Part shown: one piece after another, positions 17,319 to 21,732 of the stretch
Numbering within the stretch: the first letter of the stretch is position 1
Layout of the letters: each line of letters starts with the position of its first letter
Sequence record: SRR2962707_578
DNA: 21,732 nt
Direction: 5' to 3' (one strand)
Notes under the pieces: model-generated
Database searches by the model: none
What the model was told of the DNA's origin: nothing
What the model saw: only the letters and a program-made list of their open reading frames with translations
Made by a program: the position numbers and the translations under genes

Positions 17319-18059
17319 ATGAGGGGGCGCGTTGGTGGCGCCGCCGCCCTGGCGGCCTGGTGGCTGTATACCCTCAACGCCATGGTCCTGGCGCTTGGCG
17401 TCAGTTGGGGATTCTATAGCCTGTGCGACTATGGCTACTCGTTCTGGTATCCAACCCTGGATATTGAGGAGCACATCCAGGAATACGGTCCTCAGAACCG
17501 ATACCGTAGGGACTTCGAACGGCTCGAGGCGGAGCAATATCAGGCGCTGTTCCAGCAAATCCGCGATGCCGTCCACAACAACGGCGAGGGGTTGGAGGAC
17601 ATCCACTATCCCAATCGCCTGGAACAACCCGTTCCGCTGCTGCGGGAGGCGGAAATCCTGCACCTCAGGGATGTGGCTCATCTTATCCGTATGGGAACGG
17701 TGATCACGTTGATTGCCGCCTGTCTCTGGTGGCCGTTGGCCCTATGGGTGCGGTGTCAGCACCGCCTGCCCGCTGGCAGTCGCCTGATTGCCCTGGCCGC
17801 GCCGTTGCTGGGACTGGCGGGTTGGCTGCTGGTGGCCGGCCCGGAGGCGGTGTTTTACCAGTTTCATATCTGGCTCTTTCCACCCGAACATGAATGGTTT
17901 TTCTACTGGCAGGATTCACTCATGAGCACATTGATGAAAGCGCCAGTGCTGTTCGGCGGTATCGCTCTGGTGCTGTCCGTCGGAGTTGCCATACTGACAC
18001 CCGTGATTTATTTCACCGGTCTGCGGCTGGCGGGACGGGGGAGTCCTGCCAGCGCATGA
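17319..18059 (+). CDS. DUF1461 / lipoprotein intramolecular transacylase (Lit)-like integral membrane protein
   Basis: About 4 TM helices; EILHLRDV and FYQFHIWLFPP...WFF...DSLMSTL motifs resemble the H..DV and FH..F....W.F signature of DUF1461/Lit. Starts 3 nt after the gspM stop. Confidence 0.72.
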   Translation: MRGRVGGAAALAAWWLYTLNAMVLALGVSWGFYSLCDYGYSFWYPTLDIEEHIQEYGPQNRYRRDFERLEAEQYQALFQQIRDAVHNNGEGLEDIHYPNRLEQPVPLLREAEILHLRDVAHLIRMGTVITLIAACLWWPLALWVRCQHRLPAGSRLIALAAPLLGLAGWLLVAGPEAVFYQFHIWLFPPEHEWFFYWQDSLMSTLMKAPVLFGGIALVLSVGVAILTPVIYFTGLRLAGRGSPASA

Positions 18060-20107
18060 GTGGTATCGAAGTACTGGGTCCGGACGCCAGCGGGGCCGAG
18101 AATGTTCAGCGCTGGGCGGCATCAGGGTTGCCGATACCACCGAGCTGGCGGATCAGCCGGGAGGCGGTGCTGGCACTGCAGGTGGATGATCTCGCCCGCC
18201 GCCTGCGTGCTTTACCGCGCATGTTCGGTCGACAACGTCGCTGGGTGCTGCATCACGGTGTGATGAATCCTCGCTCCAGACGGGAGAGCCTGCTGAAGCT
18301 GGACAGTGACCAGGCGCTGGCCCGCGCCCTTCATCAGTTGTTCGAACACCGCCCCGGCCCGGATCACGCCATAATCCAGGCATTGCCGAATTTGCAGGCC
18401 GCCGGAGTTCTGTTTACCCGCCATCCGTTGCGCCAGGATCTGTCCCACATGGTGGTGGAGGGCGTTCGCGCCGGAGCAGGGCAGCGGCAGCGGCTGGTGT
18501 TCGACGCGGATGGACGGTTGGTACATCGTGGTGACGGCTCCCCGGCTCTGGACCGGATCGTACCCGCGGAAGCTCTGGTGACCCTGGGACAGATGCTGCG
18601 CAACCGGTTTGATCATCCGCAGGCCGGCGAGTGGGTATATGACGGCGAGCGGATCTGGCTGTTGCAGAGCCTGCCCGTGGGTTCACTACCAGTGCCCGAG
18701 GAAGCCTGGAACCGTCGGGCCGGCGGTGCCTTGTTCAATCAGGCTCTGACCCCCCTGTGGTATACCCTGGAAGGGCGCTGGCTGAAAACCGCCTTTTGGT
18801 GGCCTCTGGCTCGCCGTCACGGTTGGAAGGAACTGGAGAACGTCGAGCCTTACCGGCGTCAGCACAGCCATTTGTACAGTAACGGGCTTTACTTCCGGCG
18901 CCTGGCGGAAACCTGGCCGGCGGCCTGGCTACAGGTGCCACCCGCCTGGCAGCCACCGGAGTCTCTGGACGATGCAACCACCCGCCGTCGGCTTTCACCG
19001 CCACGCCGGCGCTGGCGGTGGGCTCTGGCGGTACTGGAGCACCGCCAGAAACAGCTCCAGCTGAAACATGAGCGGGCCGTGGGCGACCGGGATGCCCTCT
19101 GGCACCAGCTTATCGAACTGGATCGCATTGGCGAACGCCTGGCCCGCCTGGAAGGCCGTTTGTGTTATCTGTGGTTGCCGGAATTGTCGCATTACCATGC
19201 CCAGCCCTTTCCACTCACATCACTGCTGACGGCCTCTGAATTGCGGGCTCTGGATCAGGCCCTTAATTTGAAAATGGGGGATCGGGGAAAGAGGGATGAA
19301 GGGGACACAGGAGAGGGCGCGGAGCTGGCGACGCTGCGCCCGGGCGATGATCCGGTGCACGCATCCGTTCAGGACAGTCCTTCCCTGAAAGCGGTATTGG
19401 AGGCAGCCGGGGAACGGCGGCGGCGTCATGATCCTGGCGACCGGTTGGATACGGAGATAGCCGCCTGGTTGTCGGTGGCAAAGCGGGCGCGGGCATTGCG
19501 CCAGAAACTGGCGGAACAACTGCGGGGATGGCTGGTTCATGCCGCCCGCGAACTGGTATCGCAGGAGTTACTGGCCCATCCGGACGATATCCATTTTCTA
19601 TACTTCGATGAGCTGTGGATCTTGTGGATGCAGCGCCGTATTCCCAAATCCGCCGCCGGGCGCATCATCGCCCAACGCAAGGTCCGCTATTTGGAAGACG
19701 CTCTGGTCGGCGCGCCGGACTGGAAAATGGATCGCATCGGCTATGGTTTCGGGGGCAGCCCCTCCGAACCTTTATTGCTCGGACTGCCATTGGTGGCGGG
19801 TCGGGTGGAGGGACCGGTACGCCGAATCTGCAGTGCCTGGGCACTGAACAACATCCGGCCCGGGGACGTGCTGGTGCTGGACGAAGCGGACGCCGCCTGG
19901 ACCCCCTGGCTGGCCCGCGCCAGCGCCTTGATCCTGAGCCGCCGGGACCCGGCCAACCCCGCCGCCAGCCTGGCCCGGGCCTGCGGCATCCCGGCGGTAT
20001 GGGGGTTGGCCGATGCCTTGCACGGCGTGCGCGACGAGGAGTGGGTGGCCCTGGACGGCGCGGCGGGCACCGTGGCCCGGAACGCGCCGCCTGGGCCGGG
20101 CGGCTAG
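18056..20107 (+). CDS. Degenerate PEP-synthase / rifampin-phosphotransferase-like protein (PPDK_N-like, central domain, C-terminal PEP-utilizers swivel domain); catalytic His apparently absent
   Basis: ATGA overlap with the previous gene (preferred to the 17894 start). [11 protein letters not shown]...[47 protein letters not shown]...PGDVLV...WTP...[10 protein letters not shown]...[10 protein letters not shown]. Confidence 0.75.
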   Translation: MSGIEVLGPDASGAENVQRWAASGLPIPPSWRISREAVLALQVDDLARRLRALPRMFGRQRRWVLHHGVMNPRSRRESLLKLDSDQALARALHQLFEHRPGPDHAIIQALPNLQAAGVLFTRHPLRQDLSHMVVEGVRAGAGQRQRLVFDADGRLVHRGDGSPALDRIVPAEALVTLGQMLRNRFDHPQAGEWVYDGERIWLLQSLPVGSLPVPEEAWNRRAGGALFNQALTPLWYTLEGRWLKTAFWWPLARRHGWKELENVEPYRRQHSHLYSNGLYFRRLAETWPAAWLQVPPAWQPPESLDDATTRRRLSPPRRRWRWALAVLEHRQKQLQLKHERAVGDRDALWHQLIELDRIGERLARLEGRLCYLWLPELSHYHAQPFPLTSLLTASELRALDQALNLKMGDRGKRDEGDTGEGAELATLRPGDDPVHASVQDSPSLKAVLEAAGERRRRHDPGDRLDTEIAAWLSVAKRARALRQKLAEQLRGWLVHAARELVSQELLAHPDDIHFLYFDELWILWMQRRIPKSAAGRIIAQRKVRYLEDALVGAPDWKMDRIGYGFGGSPSEPLLLGLPLVAGRVEGPVRRICSAWALNNIRPGDVLVLDEADAAWTPWLARASALILSRRDPANPAASLARACGIPAVWGLADALHGVRDEEWVALDGAAGTVARNAPPGPGG

Positions 20108-21732
20108 TCCTCGTCGATATAGCCGAGCAGGTGAGGAACCATCTTCTCGATTTCCTTTCGGCTCATCCCCTTACGGGCGGCGTAGTCGTCCATTTGATCC
20201 TTGCCGAGCTTTCCAGTACCGAAGTACTTGGCTTCCGGGTGAGAGAAGTACCAACCGGATACCGCCGCCGCAGGGAACATGGCGTAGTGATCGGTAAGCG
20301 TCATGCCGGCGTTTTTTTCCGGCTCAAGCAGCTCCCACAGCAAGGCTTTCTCGGTGTGATCCGGGCAGGCCGGGTAACCGGGGGCGGGGCGAATGCCCCG
20401 GTATTGCTCGGAAATCAGAGCGTCATTATCCAGAGTCTCGTCCGCGGCGTATCCCCAGAACTCCTTGCGCACCCGTTCATGCAGGCGTTCGGCGAACGCC
20501 TCGGCAAGCCGGTCCGCCAAGGCCTTGAGCATGATCGCGGAATAATCGTCATGGTCCGCCTCGAAGCGCGCCACATGCTCATCGATACCAATGCCGGTAG
20601 TAACCGCGAAGCCGCCCAGCCAGTCCTGTTTGCCGCTGTCTTTCGGCGCGATGAAATCACTCAGGCAATAGTCCGGTTTATCGTTCTTTTCCCGGTCCAG
20701 TTGCTGGCGCAGGTGATGCAGCGTCATGAACGGCTCGGCATCGCCAGGCTGTCGGAACAGTTGAATATCGTCCATGTCCGATTGCGCTGGCCAGAAGCCG
20801 ATCACGCCCCGCGCGGTGAGCCATTTTTCCTTGAGCAGGCGGTCCAGCATGGCGCGCGCGTCCTGGTAAAGCCGGGTGGCTTCCTCGCCCACCACTTCGT
20901 CCTCGAGAATACGGGGGAAGCGGCCGGCCAGTTCCCAGGAGCGGAAAAACGGCGTCCAGTCGATGCGCTCCACCAGCTCTTCCAGAGGATAATCGTCAAA
21001 CACCTTGAGGCCCTTGATCTTCGGCTCCGGCGGTGTGTAGTTACTCCAGTCCGGCTGGAACCGGTGTTGCCGGGCCTTGTCGATGCTCACCAGGGAGCGG
21101 TCCACCTGCTGTTGCTTGCGTCGTTCGCGCAGCTCCTGGTAGGTGGCCTTGGTCTCTTCCACGTAACCGTCTTTCTGAGTATCGGACAGTAACCGGGAAA
21201 CCACGCCAACGGCACGGGAAGCGTCCGCCACATGGACCACGGCATGGCGATAGTTGGGGTCGATCTTTACCGCGGTGTGGATGCGGCTGGTGGTGGCGCC
21301 GCCGATCATCAATGGCAGATCCATCTCCAGGCGTTCCATTTCACTGGCCACATGGACCATTTCGTCCAGGGATGGGGTGATCAAGCCGGACAGACCGATG
21401 ATGTCCACCTTTTCCGCACGGGCGGTTTCAAGGATTTTATCGCAGGGCACCATGACACCGAGGTCGATGACCTCGTAGCCGTTGCACTGCAGCACCACGC
21501 CAACGATGTTCTTGCCGATGTCGTGAACATCCCCCTTCACCGTGGCCATCAGAATGCGCCCGTTGGACTCATCCTGGGTGCCCATTTCCTCTTTTTCCTT
21601 TTCCATGAACGGCAGCAAATAGGCCACCGCCTTTTTCATTACCCGGGCGGATTTCACCACCTGGGGCAGGAACATCTTACCGGCGCCGAAAAGGTCGCCA
21701 ACCACGTTCATGCCGTCCATCAGCGGGCCTTC
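20104..21732 (-). CDS. metH: Cobalamin-dependent methionine synthase, C-terminal part (cap, B12-binding and AdoMet reactivation domains); 5' end outside window
   Basis: [34 protein letters not shown]12 motif [49 protein letters not shown]. Confidence 0.98.
   Translation of the reverse strand, partial: EGPLMDGMNVVGDLFGAGKMFLPQVVKSARVMKKAVAYLLPFMEKEKEEMGTQDESNGRILMATVKGDVHDIGKNIVGVVLQCNGYEVIDLGVMVPCDKILETARAEKVDIIGLSGLITPSLDEMVHVASEMERLEMDLPLMIGGATTSRIHTAVKIDPNYRHAVVHVADASRAVGVVSRLLSDTQKDGYVEETKATYQELRERRKQQQVDRSLVSIDKARQHRFQPDWSNYTPPEPKIKGLKVFDDYPLEELVERIDWTPFFRSWELAGRFPRILEDEVVGEEATRLYQDARAMLDRLLKEKWLTARGVIGFWPAQSDMDDIQLFRQPGDAEPFMTLHHLRQQLDREKNDKPDYCLSDFIAPKDSGKQDWLGGFAVTTGIGIDEHVARFEADHDDYSAIMLKALADRLAEAFAERLHERVRKEFWGYAADETLDNDALISEQYRGIRPAPGYPACPDHTEKALLWELLEPEKNAGMTLTDHYAMFPAAAVSGWYFSHPEAKYFGTGKLGKDQMDDYAARKGMSRKEIEKMVPHLLGYIDED

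Noticed and set aside
2411-17681. Many long minus-strand ORFs (e.g. 3881-4852, 5288-6076, 13545-14426, 15697-16689)
   Set aside because: Antisense mirrors of codon-biased genes with no domain signatures.
18056-20107. Calling this gene an active rifampin-resistance phosphotransferase or PEP synthase
   Set aside because: The phospho-His and ATP-binding motifs appear to be missing, and there is no pyruvate-binding barrel.
19615-21192. 525-aa + strand ORF overlapping the pseudoenzyme end and antisense to metH
   Set aside because: Shadow frame of GC-rich coding DNA with no recognisable motifs; both overlapped genes are well supported.
1-21732. CRISPR arrays, tRNA/rRNA, IS elements, integrases
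   Set aside because: None seen by eye. Intergenic gaps are short and show no repeat-spacer pattern or terminal inverted repeats; a covariance-model scan was not possible.

Overview
GC-rich gammaproteobacterial window (Alcanivorax/Pseudomonadales-like by gene content; an inference only). Left to right: (1) the 3' part of a membrane-active polymorphic toxin of T6SS-effector type followed by a DUF6708-like immunity gene, both with internal low-GC patches; (2) a chemosensory-like cluster with no chemoreceptor, CheA or CheW, made of a membrane hybrid histidine kinase (periplasmic sensor-HAMP-GAF-E/Q-rich coiled coil-HisKA-HATPase-3xREC), CheR, a REC+coiled-coil regulator, a stand-alone CheB and a REC-PAS-PilZ protein; (3) type II secretion genes gspEFGHIJKLM, with gspE starting 2 nt after the PilZ gene, a PHO-box-like repeat before gspF, and no gspC/D/O in the window; (4) a DUF1461/Lit-like membrane protein and an apparently catalytically dead PEP-synthase/rifampin-phosphotransferase-like protein coupled to gspM; (5) the convergent 3' part of metH. 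No RNA gene, CRISPR array or mobile element was seen. All family assignments come from motif recognition by eye, not database searches.
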